This document shows, piece by piece, positions 37,471 to 50,608 of a stretch of DNA of 64,000 nucleotides (positions are counted from its first letter, which is position 1; each line of letters starts with the position of its first letter). The notes under the pieces were generated by a model. It saw only the letters and a program-made list of their open reading frames with translations, was not told where the DNA came from and did no database searches. This DNA is from Lytechinus pictus (lineage: Eukaryota): contig NC_087251.1 in assembly GCF_037042905.1 (NCBI RefSeq), positions 14,882,001 to 14,946,000 on the forward strand. The letters run 5' to 3'. A program made the translations under genes and the position numbers.

Positions 37471-40400
37471 GGAAACATACATGTATAGATGAAAATATTC
37501 CCCCCCCCCCCCTCCGGATTGGCGAAAGCTGGATCCGCCCCTGGTAAAGATCAGCTCCCGTACACAATTTTAGTATAGGGCCTACCACTCTGATGAGAAG
37601 TCAAACAAAATTGAGACGCCAAAGAGCTTAAAATTTTATGCTTTCTGGTCGCATTTATTCTTTCAAAAAGTGGTATCACAACAAATTCATGGATACTTTT
37701 CTTTCATGAACACATTAAACAAAAAAGTGGTCTTCGATTGCCCTTTTTACTTTTTAATTATGAAATAAGATAATTCAACTTGCATTTAAGGCACCTATGA
37801 TTGCCTGGCGGGGTAGGGGCGCCATTTTCACAGGGGCGCCAAAATTAGGTCGGGCCCCAGGGGTGAAAAATCTTGGATACACGCCTGCAAAAAGTACAAC
37901 GTTCGTATCTGGATTTTGAATATAATAACAATCTAGATGATCTATTTTCTTAAAGAATGTAGCAGAAATAATTTAATCTGCATTCAAAGTGACGCTTGCA
38001 GAATCTTCCCTATTGGGTATGAATGTATTTTAAGACTTTAAGCCAGTGAAATAATGCAAAGAGGTAAATTAAATTCATTTTCCTCACTGACGTACAGATT
38101 TGGGGCTTGAGCCCAAGGTCTCCCCCTACCAAAATAGAATAAATAAATGAATAAATGATAAATAAATGAATGAAAATTCCCAAAATCACGACTAAGAAGA
38201 AAAGGATAGAAAGAAAAGGAAAGGAAAAGGGGTGCAATAAATACTGATTTCTAAACAAATATTATGTCAAAATTCAACGAAAAATATAATCAAAAAGGTA
38301 TTTTTTTTGCTCGCTCGCAGTTTTTTTAATAGAAAGATTGTCCCATATGCCATGTCTGGCCCCTCAATATTAATGGGACATTACGCTACTGGTCCTAATC
38401 ATGATATCTAGAAATAAATTTGTCCTCTATATCTGAATCTCACCAATTTTTTTGGGTGTAATTTGTATTAAAAAAAAACAAAAAAAATCTCAGATGAATT
38501 TATTTCGATTATGACAATAGCTGGCGCTGTTACTTTTCGGCAAATGGCCTTTTAGCGTTTACTCCTTTACTTTTTATTTGCAGCTCATTTGAGACAATAA
38601 TTTACGGAAAGCAATATTAACAAAAAAGAGGGTTGTCACACTTCAACACGGGAAGCAATCATTTTGCCATGAGGCAAAAAAGATTGTGTTCTAATGGTGA
38701 TCGAGTGACCGGGTCGAGTGCGAACATTTGAATTTTGATTACAGCACTTTTAAATTATCGAGGCGTATACCCCCCCCCCCCCGATAACGCATTTTGAAAG
38801 AGCCAGAAATTTGCACTTGTATTTGGAAGGTTCCGTCCCTTGCCCTTCTACTTCTGGTGGCGCCTCCAATCAATGCCTCCATATAGGAGAAATCGCTTTT
38901 TTTTTTTACAGTTTTGATTTTTCGATCATGACAGATGCTTGATTTTCTTGTTGTTGATGATTCATCATGAAAATAAAATGTGATAGGCCTATAGCCATAA
39001 AAAAGATTCTGGACCGTCATCCTTGGAAATTTTCATATCCAAAGATAGGCCTACTTGTGACTCAATTTATTGTCTTCGTTATAGATTTGCAATTATTATG
39101 TGGGGAAAAGTTTTTATCTGTGGAATAACGGTATAGTGCAAATCAAATCTGATATTCCGTCAATTTTTAAGAGCCTTAGACGAGGTCTGATTTCAGTTTA
39201 ACTATCATGACTATATAGGCCCATTTCTCATTTAAAAAGGGGAATTATATACGATGTACCCCCCTTTATTTTGATCTATCTTTTTCTCACAACTATCATT
39301 TTTACTTTATAGAAAGTATATAGGATCCATGATAAGATTTTGTTTTGTCTGTTTTTTTTTAGGTGGCACCCTTTTCCCTAGTAATAATATGCAGGTACGT
39401 AATTGTCATGTAGGCTTTGACTTGAAGAAATACAATAGGGTATTGGCAACTTTAAATTATGATTTTGATTTTAAGGGGATTGTTTTACAAGAATTTATTT
39501 GGATGTTCATTTTCTTTAGATTTCATTAATGTTTGAAATGTAATATGCTTGCACCGTCGAGATAGCCATTCTGTATTCATTATGCTTGTATTTTATATTT
39601 ATATTGCATCATTTTCGTATTCATCATCTTTTGTTTTGTTCTATGTATAGACATTGTATCTACATATGTGTAAACCAGTGAAAAAATGAATTTTCTTGAT
39701 GGACAATAAAGTTATTCAATTCAATTCAATTTTAAACTCTCTATTGACTCTATATATCCCTCTCACCATGAAGGCATGAATTCGCTTCTCTTTTTTTCAC
39801 TTCGGTGTACTGTCTCTATCGATCTTAAACACGTGGGGGCGCTAGATCTGAAATTAAGCGAGAGAAGAAATCCCGCAGGCCGTAGTACGTGGTGAGTTTA
39901 CTCTTACGCAGATCTTTCATTTAAGTATGATTTTTTGTAACTTTGCTTCACTGTTTTTTGCAATTTTATTACTTATAAATGAAAAATAGATTTTATGCTA
40001 ATTCTGAGGTAAAAAAAAAAGGAAAGACAGGAGTTCGGTTGCTTGAAAAAGACGGACCTAGTAAAAACTGCGTTGAAAGATTAAAGCTCGACTGAATATG
40101 TATGGCCATGGGAATGCATGTCAATTTGTGTAATGTGCGTGTATGGCTGTAGTTGTGGCTGGTGCGTCGGCCAGCGCGGCGCTCCGATCCCTGCAGATGC
40201 TACTTGTCCGGCCAGGGGCGGTATTCTGAAAACCGTGTTAGCACAAAAACGGTGTTAGCTAACACGATTGGTATTCTGAAAATCGTGTGAGCATGAAAAA
40301 CATGTGGCCCAAGTGGTAACACCACGCATAACATACTTTGTTGTAACATACCTTGTGGGCGCCGGGCGTAAAGTTTTACCTATAAAATTAAAACTTGTTT

Positions 40401-40802
40401 GCCCCTCTCCCAATTTCTTGAAGTCAGTACTAAAGTGGAACTGGAAGATAGACTGGTAGTATGGGGATGTGTGGTTTCATAGGTAAAGGTATTAATGAGA
40501 GCATGGGCAAGCAAAAGATTGGTCAGGGTTAAACTTTTCCTTTTTGAGCTCCCAAGTTTTCTCTAGATTTGACTTGAATTAGAGTTTATGGAACTGGAAG
40601 TGCTCTTCACTACTTGTTGTACGGTACTTGATTTGGCAAGTTATTCCACGCAGATACTACTCGATGTGAGAAAGAATTTTGTCTTTTTCGAGTATTTGCT
40701 CTGGGTTTCTCTATCTTATATATATGTCCTCTAGTTCTGAAGTCTTCATTGTATTTTGAAGTCTCAAGATTGTCGGTCTTGAATTATTCGGAACACTTGG
40801 AT

Positions 40803-41490
40803 TAGGGTGTCTGGAGAAAAAAAATATTTTTCTTATTTCAAGAAAATATCACATTTTCTTTGTGAATTTGAAGAGAAATAACCATCAGACTGACAGAAAT
40901 ATAACATTTTTTGTTTAAATCCAATTATTGGCTGCAAAAAAGAAGAATGAAATAGGGTCAATTTTCAGCATTTTCCTGCCATAGATTGTGTAGTTAAGAA
41001 ATGGACACACACAAATCCAAATTTTTAGCTTCCGAGAGCTGTTATAAATTTATTATTAATGCCAAAAACTTGTCCACAAAGTGCCTAATAGGCTAATAGG
41101 AATTTTTATGCTCCTTCTGATGGTATGATTTTTATAAAGATTTGGAAACCAGATCACTATGAAAAATTGCGACAAAGTGAAAAAAATTGTGCAAAACAAA
41201 AATTTCATTTTCCCATAGAAAACGCATGGGGAAATGGCAATCTCAACACACACACAAATAAGGGTTTGCAATTTATCTCTAAATCCTCATTTCAAATAAT
41301 CCTATAAACTTGTCCTTACTGTCAAAAGAAGCCCCTGAATTTTCTCTTTCCATACATGCCAAACACAAGTTAATAATTCATTCAGATCACATTTTTATAG
41401 CAGCCTGAATTTCCAGAAAAAATGTGCCATATTTTCCACTAAATCAGCCTGTTTTGAGCTGACACTTTTCAGTGTGGCTTCAGACACCCT
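40803..41490. mobile_element. hAT-like non-autonomous element inserted in the CR1 3' coding region
   Basis: acttggat|tagggtgtctggag ... cttcagacaccct|acttggat; removal restores [14 protein letters not shown]. Confidence 0.88.
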
Positions 41491-42116
41491 ACTTGGATAA
41501 GATCTGCTCTGCGGCGTCGGTAGGATAATGAAGGTAACTTTAATTGAGCCAACCTTTCCGGGTAACTCTTGACCTGTAAACTCGGAACTGCTTTTGTAGC
41601 TCTTTGGACTCTCGAGTTTCACCTGATCCTTCTTTAAGCATGGATGCCAAATCTGTGAACAATACTCCAAAGCAGGTCGAACTGTGGACTTATAAAGTAG
41701 CTTGAAGATCTTAGGTTCAAGGAATGAGAAAGATCTCTTGATGATCCCCATCTTCTTATTTCCTGCCTTTGCTATCTGATCTATATGCTGAGAAAAACTG
41801 AGCTGATCGTCGAAAATGACTCCCAAGTCCTTTTCACTGTGGCTCACTTTGATGGTCGGGCCATCCAAACTTAACTTATAGTCATAACTTCTTTCTGCCA
41901 TAGTGAAGGACTTTACACTTTCCTGTATTTAAGGGAAGTTGCCATATGATTGCCCAACTTTGAATCCTCAGTAAATCAGCTTGAAGGATTTCCCAGTCTT
42001 AATTGTTGTTAACTTTAGCAAATAATTTTGTATCATCAGCAATAACTTAATAACACTTGCTTGAGAAGCTAGGACATCTGGCAAATCATTTATGAAAATC
42101 AGAAATAGCTCCGGAC

Positions 42117-44550
42117 TAGTGCTGCCACCAAACGGATATCCGAACGGTTTCAGCCCGCGTTGACGGATAACGGTTTTCATTTTTCGGGTTCGGTTATCCG
42201 TGGACACTGATTCACCACTTTCCTGTCACAAAAACTCATTAAATTTAGTAAGACTCACCAACAAAATTTATAAGTTTTAGTCGCCAATATAATCACCAAT
42301 ATCAATTAATCTTCTTCGGTAATATATTACCGCCGAAAACTATCGTTTTTATCAGTTTTGAAACATGACCTTATATCAGTTTTGGAGCATGACCGTCCGT
42401 GAATGGAGTGAAGTTCCGTTCTGACAACGATGGCGACTTTACTATGGTGTCGCTTAAGATCGTTTTTCTTTCCCGTCTTATGTTTTGATGATTTCAAATG
42501 CGTAACTCATCGTATATTTTCTTACCTCGACTTTCAATGCGAGTGAAGAATGAAGATAATTTGAAACCATTTAAGCGTCAAATAAATGTTGATCGGGTTA
42601 CTCGGGTGTGTCATGTTGTTTCTTGTAATTTATTCATCAAATGCAAAATGAATTCTACTTTTTCTCACAGCAACTTTGGTTACCAATGAAGATGATTATT
42701 TTTTGAAACTATGAAAAGTTGAAAAAGTCGAATGAATGTTGATTGCGTGTGTCATGTTGTTTCTTGTAATTTATTCATCAAATGCAAAATGAATTCTACT
42801 TTTTTTCACAGCAACTTTGGTTACCAATGAAGATGATTATTTTGAAACTATGAAAAGTTGAAAACGTCGAATGAATGTTGATTGCGTGTGTCATGTTGTT
42901 TCTTGTAATTTATTCATCAAATGCAAAATGAATTCTACTTTTTCTCACAGCAACTTTGGTTACAAATGAAGATGATTATTTTTGAAACTATGAAAAGTTG
43001 AAAACGTCGAATAAATGTTGTTGTTTTGTGATTTATTCATCAAATACAAAATGAATTCTACTTTTTCTCTCGGCAACTTTCGTTACAAATGAAGATGATT
43101 ATTTTTTAAACTATGAAAACGTCGAATGAATGTTGGCTGCGTGTGTCATGTTGTTTTTTGTAATTTATTTAAATTGAAATGCGTAACAACATATTCATTT
43201 TCAGTACTTTTTTCTCACATCAACTTTCGATATGAATGAAGAATGAAGATAATTTTGAAATCATGTAAACGTCAAATACATGTTGATTGGCCGTTTTATT
43301 TTGTTTCTTTTGATTTATTTATGAAATCCGAAATAATGAATCATCCTTTTTCTTTCTTGAACTGTCATTAATAATGATTAATTAGAATGAAAATGTCCAT
43401 TATCTAGATGTCAATTGTATTTGTGTTATTGCAAATTTTAAATTGTTTACGTATGTTTATATTTTGATAACTTGTTTGTATTTTATTCTGGTAGAATTAT
43501 TGAATTATAAAAGAATGATAATTGTCAATTGAAAATCTCTTTCATGAATTAATATTTAATATATAAATTACAAATTACAAAACACACATTTTCCTTTATT
43601 TCAGTTTAAATGGCATATCCACTATAAATTTTGATATCCATCATCACGTAAACAACAATTATTTAAAAGGCGTTATCATGCCAGAAAGGTTTATGATGTG
43701 CGCCCGCCGAGTATGTGGTCGGTTGTGAATCGACGTGTTTTGTAGTAAAACTTACTGTTGATGAATGTAAGTGATTAGTTACTGTTACTGTGATTAAATC
43801 TTGTCTTGAATCTTTGTTGGAAGTGTGATTATGTTTCAGAAGTTGAGAAATGAGAAGCTTGGCTATAATTTGGGGAATGGGAAGAAACCCGACATGAAAG
43901 TGAAAATATTCCAAGTACGATCCCATTTGAAGGTGTAGCGAGTGTAATGTGACCAAATATATATCGGACGATTCACTCCAGACATGTCCAGACAGGACAG
44001 CACGTGCGTGAGCTGAATGATGTAGGCCTGTCTGGTTTTAGACTTTTAGTAATAGTAGACTCGCACTTACACTTGCCTCGGTCAATTTCATTGCATCTTA
44101 TTTCATTCGATCGGAACTAAAAAATAAACACACATACTCTCGCAACCATTAAATGGGATCTTAACTAGGCCCGACTTGTATAACTCAAATAATAGTCATT
44201 TACTAATAGCTTACACAGTCTTACGATCTACATTTGTAGCCGTAGCCTGAGTAGCCTCACGCTAACTCACATTAGTCAAATCCGATTGCAAACTAAAGAT
44301 TCAACCCAAAATATTCAGCTTCTCGTAATTTCGTGGTTTTCAGAAATATTTTAATTAGCGCACGCTGACTCTCGCCATCATCGGATAGGTTCAAAACTCA
44401 AATATAACTGAAAATCTTAAACATAACTCAAAGAAGTGCAAATGGATATTATTTTTTATATTTCAGGGTTAAATTTCGGATACCCGTCCGCCGTCCGGTT
44501 TTCAGTGTCGGGTATTCGAATATTGAAATATCCGTTTCAAGTCAGGCCTA
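42117..44550. mobile_element. 2.4-kb hAT-like non-autonomous element inserted in the CR1 RT, 8-bp TSD
   Basis: ctccggac|tagtgctgccaccaaacggatat ... atatccgtttcaagtcaggccta|ctccggac; removal restores [23 protein letters not shown]. Confidence 0.9.
42495..43330. repeat. ~140-bp tandem repeat (5-6 units) inside the hAT-like element
   Basis: gtgtgtcatgttgtttcttgtaatttattcatcaaatgcaaaatgaattctac... recurring at ~42606, 42747, 42886, 43015, 43141. Confidence 0.92.
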
Positions 44551-47139
44551 CTCCGGACCAATAACACTCCCTTGGGGAATTCCACTACTGACTCTAAAAC
44601 CCCATTAACAACCTGTTGCTCTCTGTTCTTTAAGAAGGATCTGATCTAGTTCAAGACACTACCCATGATTCCATATGAATGAAGCTTGAGCAGAAGTCTT
44701 CGATGGGGGACGCTATCAAATGCTTTTTTGTAGTCTAAATAGATACAGTCAATTGATTTTCCTTTATCCAAATCCTTTGTCCATTCCTCAATAACTTCCA
44801 GTAGTTGAGTAGCACATGATTTGCCTTTTCTGAATCCATGTTGATGTGAGCTATACAGCTGGTTTGTAACCATGTGATTAATAATCTTTTCACGAATAAT
44901 CTGTTCCATAACTTTGCCAATTGTACTTGTTAAACTCACTGGTCTATAATTGTTGGGATTACGTTTATCTCCTCTTTTGAATAATGGAGTTACATTCGCC
45001 ATCTTCCATGTTACAGGAACAGAACCACTCCTCAAGGATTCATTGAAGAGATCGGCAAGAGGTTGGGCTAATTTATCTGCAAGTTCTTTCAATATTTGAT
45101 TTGGGATCTCATCCGGCCCTGGAGACTTAGTTTTGTCCAGCATCAATAATCTTTCCAGAACCATATCTCTTGTAATGACAATATCATTAAGTATAGAGTC
45201 AAAGGGTCTCTCAGGAAATGAAAGAAGATTACTGGTATCTTCTTGCGTAAATGTTAATGCAAAAAGTCATTTAACACCAGCTTTATTAAAGTCATCATCC
45301 ACAGATGTGCCGTCTGGCCGAATCAACTCTCCAAGACAGGATTTGGATTTTGTCTTATTTTGTACATATTGCCAAAAACTTTTTGGATTTGTTTTACCTC
45401 TGATGCCAGTTTATTTTCAAAGTTCTTTTTAGCCTGCTTGATAGTACTTGTAGCTTTATTTCTGGCTTGTTGTAATCCAATCTATTAGAGATAGTTCTAT
45501 TCTTCTGATAACGATTCCATGCTTTGTGTTTCTCTTGAACTGCCTCACTTGCTTTCCTATCCAACCATGCAGACCTTCTACGTGATGGTTTGATCTTAGG
45601 AACAAAAAGATCTGTCACTTCTCTCAAAGCCTGTACTATATGTGCACATCTGGTGTTTACATCAGAGTTAGATGGTACTGCAAAACTGTTGTTTTCCTTT
45701 ACATAACTTTTCATTTCCTCATAATTGCCACGAAAGTATGCATAACGAGGTCCTGGTTTAAGTCTAACTGGGTACATCTCGATTTCGAAAGAAAGTACAA
45801 GATGGTCGCTTTTTCCAAGTGGAGAGCTCAAATTCCAGTATTCAATTATGAATCATGATTTGTAATTAACAAGTCTAACAAATTAGACCACTGACCATTT
45901 CTCTGTCTTGTAGGTTCAGATACCAATTGTGTCAGAAATAAATCATCAAGCAATTCCAAGAACTGATCAGAAAAGTTTCCGCGACTTGTTGTTGAATTTC
46001 CTTCCCAGTCTATATTTGGCAAATTAAAGTCACCAACAATAATGACATGAGTATGGTTGTATCGAGAAACAATTTCTTGAAGTTGGTTTAAAAATTGAAA
46101 TATTTTTGGCTGATCGCTCTATGCATCAAATTATATTACAGAAAACAAAAATACAATTTTGTATGGTTGATATTTCTATGTCAGATTTAATTTTTCTTAA
46201 AATGCTTTTCATGCTTTTCGAAATTTGCATTGCATATTCAAGTTCTCAAAATTATTGGGGGTATGTATAAATTATGCTTGCCTCCCCTATATTTTAGGGG
46301 TGATCGTCCCCTGCCCGCTCCACAATCGATCGAGGCCTCTATCTCAGGGGCCGCGGAAGGGTTTTCAAAGTGGGGGGGGGGGCTGAGCCAAAAGTGGGGG
46401 TGCTGAACATGCAAAAATCACAATCATATGGTAATTTTACGTTTTTGTACACGGTTTTGGAAAATTTTATAATTTAATCTATAAATTTTTCTTCAAAACG
46501 GCATTTTGTAACATCTTTAAACGAAGGTACGTTATACATAAGCGGTTCAAGGGTCAAGCCTATTGTATTTGCGTTGTGTACAAATGGATCGAGGGATCTA
46601 CACGAGATCGGTCTGGTAAAAAACCTTCATTTTTTTACCTTTTTATTAACAAATTTTTGGAACCTTCATACGCATTAGGTATGTGTAGAGCAATGGTATC
46701 CCGACCCAGGCTTCATGGAGAGTAAGCCTACGTATAGTAGATGACTTTTACTCTCCAGAAGCCTCCAGGCTACCTCCGTCTCAGTGGCCGCGGCCAGGAC
46801 AGTGCCAAATTATAAAACCGTCCCAGGCCATTCCGGACTGAGGCAGCCATGAGGATTTGTTTTCCTTCCGCTTCAGGGGATACCATTTTCATTCCGCCCC
46901 ATAGATTATGACGTCATCTTCCGAGCATTTTAAGAGGTGTTAAGATTTTGCTCTTGCGGCTTTGATTCTTGGGTTCCCGAAGTTTTCATGCATAAAGCTT
47001 AAGCTTAACATAAACAAATTCGAATGGGTAGCAAGCTAGCTGTCTACAGCTACATGCAGTGCAAGGGGTAGTGCAGTGGCGCTTGCCTGCGCCTGGGTAC
47101 ATATCATATAGATCGAGCGCTGCTAGCGGGGATGAACCA

Positions 47140-47908
47140 TTCCGAGAAAAATCTTATTTTGTTATTCTCCCATATTGCAATATTCCTATGAGAAACTAAA
47201 TGATGTACCACCCTATCATGTGAACATAAAATTGGGTATAAAAGAAATCTAACTCTTCAATTTCTTTAAACATATTTCTTTAAAAATTATCAGTGTGGAT
47301 CTAACCCCTTTTGCAAGCAAACTGAAATGTATCCAATTCCTTTTGAATAAAAAAGTGATTTTTCTTTGCCACTTTAATTCACGTTTCAATTTGAATTTCA
47401 AATTTTGTTTGGTATCATCAGAGCGACTAAAAAATATAGGTTTTGAGACAAATAATGATAAAATTTATGAAAAATTGATCTAACCCCTTTTGACAAATGA
47501 GCTCTTCAGAAGAGCGGTTGCAAAAGGGGTTAGATCCAGTTCAAGAAAATCCTTTTATTAATTCTCCCATATATTGCAATATTCTTATGCGAAACTAAAT
47601 TTTCATGATACCCTACCATGTGAACATAAAATTGGTATAAAAGAAATGTACAGGTCTGTCTTCATATTTTTAATAAATATTCTTTTCCAAAAAGTTTCTT
47701 TGTGGATCTAACCCCTTTTGCAACCAAACTTAAATGGATCTAACCCCTTTTGGAAAAAAAATTGATTTTCTTTGCCATTTTTGTTCATGTTTCAATGTGA
47801 ATTTAAAATTTTCTTTGGTATCATCAGAGCTACCAAAAGTCTATACATTGAGAAAAAAAAACAAATTTGATGAAAAATGGATCTAACCCCTTTTGCAACT
47901 GAGCTCTT
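47140..47908. mobile_element. Two head-to-tail copies of a TIR element with ggatctaacccctttt subterminal repeats (left copy truncated)
   Basis: agagcggttgcaaaaggggttagatcc (~47512) pairs with ggatctaaccccttttgcaactgagctct (~47879-47907); 47140-47506 is a diverged direct copy of the internal and right part. Confidence 0.75.
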
Positions 47909-49627
47909 TATCAACATTAACTAAAAATCTAGATCCAGAGCCCCATGATTTGTCATATTTATTAGTTCCAAGGTATCATATTTACATAAAAATTTTGTTC
48001 CAGGGACCCTCTATTTCCAACATTTTAAGTAGTTAGAGACCCCCACTTTCATAACGAGCAGTTCCGGGGCCCCCTAATTTTGACTTGCCAGGGGCACATA
48101 CCACATTGGGTCGAGTTCCCCCCCCCCCCCGGGCCCAAGCTAAGGCAGATTGTGTTTGGAAATTCATTGACATTAGTTATTTGCTTAATGCGGCGGTTAC
48201 GTGACTTGTCAATTGGGGGGTAGTAGAGTAATGTACTCTTTTTTCGACATGTGCGGGCAATTCGTGAGATGACAATTTTCATCATTGAACCTGGTCGTCA
48301 GTTACACGACACAACTTATTAAGTCAGCACATTCAATCACCACATTATACTTCAAACACATTGTTGTAAGTTGTATGACATAAGCATAGACAGCTGAAAT
48401 CTGCCGGTATGGAAAAGTTTTCAAACAATTTGTTGACTTTATAAATATTTCTTTTTATTTTGATTTATTAAATATGGTCATGGAGAGGAGGTGCAGTGTA
48501 GTCCAGTGCCAACCGATGGAACGAGTGCAGGTTTTTGGTCTAATAATCCCTTACCAATAGCAAAGTCTTGATTTCAATTCCAAAATCCTCTTTGAAAAGT
48601 AACATGAAGTACTGTATGTCTGGGAGAAGAGATTGAAGGAAATGAAATTGGTATCGACAGGCGTAGTGGAGCAGTGCAATTATTGGCCCTTGTTATTTTG
48701 TGTTTACCTCAAGAATGCTCTTAAGTGAGGCCTGGAAAACCCATTTTCCCGCTGAAAATGTGTGCAACAAGTGTGTAACAATTGTCTAGTACCAGTGGGT
48801 AGCAGCCAAGTGGTTAATGTCCTGGTATTTGATGAACAAAAATAAAAGTAGATATTGAAAGTGGTTACATTTTATGATTTTAATCCTTTTTTTTTTCTGT
48901 GATAAGGGTTCATTTATACAAAATCTTACTAATTGATCATAAAGTTGATTGAATGTTGATGGCTGATGAAATCAATTTGGAAAAAAGAAAACGGCCTAGG
49001 AGCAGTTACTTACTGTAGCTTTATAGAACAGGGTTCTGCACAGGCTGACCTTGATCTCTTGATGATCGATGTTTAGTCATGCCCACACTTAACCCAGTGG
49101 TCATCCTGTTGGAAGTGCATTTAATTAAAGATGAGGTTAATGGTCATGAAAAGAATTCCAGTGAAAGGAGTTACTAGTAGCAAGGAACACTACATGTACA
49201 TGATGGAGGATATATGGAGGTTGATGCCTCATTCGTAATCGGGAGCTAAAGTACACAAAAGCCTAGGGATTGATCATACATGTACATGTAATTTAGTGGT
49301 ATGATTTACATTGTACATGCAATGATCAATGCTATCAATTGTAAAATTCAGCACTACAACTAATCACTAAGCTTTGTGTTATGAGACCCTAGTATGGTGG
49401 TATCTGTAAATTATGTGTATTCATGGCTTCTATAGGATAGGTGAACTCAATTTTCACTTTAACACTCTTTTAAAACCTTTATAGAATCATGATTTTCATT
49501 ACGATGTTCAAACCTTTGCTGCTTTTTTAAATTAAAGTGCATTTTTGGAAATAAAAATGAAGCACTAAATAAAAAACAAAACACTTATTGGCATCTGACT
49601 TCTAGGTTGCAATCTGGCAAACATGTA

Positions 49628-50608
49628 TGTGGTCGCATTTCATAAGTTGGGTATGCAAAAAGGGTGGCGTATGAACAATTTTCCACACGGTGCCATGGAT
49701 AAATTGTTGCTACATCACAGCATCTTGACCAAATTTACTGAGTAATATCTCATTTTGAAGCTAGAACTATAGGCTAAATGTATTACTATGAATCAGATCA
49801 ATACAATATCAGGAACAAAAACTATAGCACATTAAGTTTGAAGTAACGGGTGGCGGAGCCAGTGGATGCGGTAAATGATAAAATATTAATTAAACCTAAT
49901 TAACCACTTACTACATGTATAATATGTAATATGACTGTTATCCTCATATTTCTGGGCGTTTTAAAGCAGGGAACAACTAAATGTCATAAAAATTTGACAA
50001 TTTTGAAAATATGCAGCAATGGAATACATGTGTATGTCAGCTCTGATCTGCAACTTTATCAATTAGTAAACCGGAGAGATCTGGTTAATTATCTAGTTTG
50101 TAATCTTAATTTTTAGTATAAATGTTGTGTATCATTGCAACAAACATTTCTACCCATGATGTTGTCATTTTGCCAAGCATACAAATACAGTGACAGGTAT
50201 TTTGGGGGCAAAAATGTGAAATTAAATACTGTTAATTAATTAGTATAATTAATATGCATAAAATAATAGATAATTATTCGATTTTTGGTACAGATTTAAT
50301 CATTGATGTTTCAAGATTATAACTGCAAAATACTAGGGTGATCCAATGTTGCATTAACTTTTGACACCATTTTATGTGCAGCAGGTCCAATTTGAGAAAA
50401 ACACATTTCAAAATTCACATTTACATTGACGTCTATGTAATAATTAGCTGTTAATTAGTCGTTTTAAGGAAAAATAAAGGTATTCGAGACTTAAAACTTT
50501 TTCATTATTTAGAGAATGGTAATAGCTCTATAACATATCAAAAAATAAAATTTTTGACCATTTTTACCCTGTTCGCGAAATTGGACCACCTTATGACATG
50601 CGACCACG
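49628..50608. mobile_element. Tc1/mariner-like non-autonomous element (TA TSD)
   Basis: ta|tgtggtcgcatttcataag ... cttatgacatgcgaccacg|ta. Confidence 0.7.

Larger units (their letters stand above)
40490..46090 (-). mobile_element. Decayed CR1-clade LINE ORF2 (APE endonuclease + RT), interrupted by two DNA transposons
   Basis: [130 protein letters not shown]; several frameshifts and stops. Confidence 0.95.

Noticed and set aside
42495..43330. Regularly spaced repeats that might suggest a CRISPR-like array
   Set aside because: Whole ~140-bp units are repeated with no unique spacers; eukaryotic context with no cas genes.
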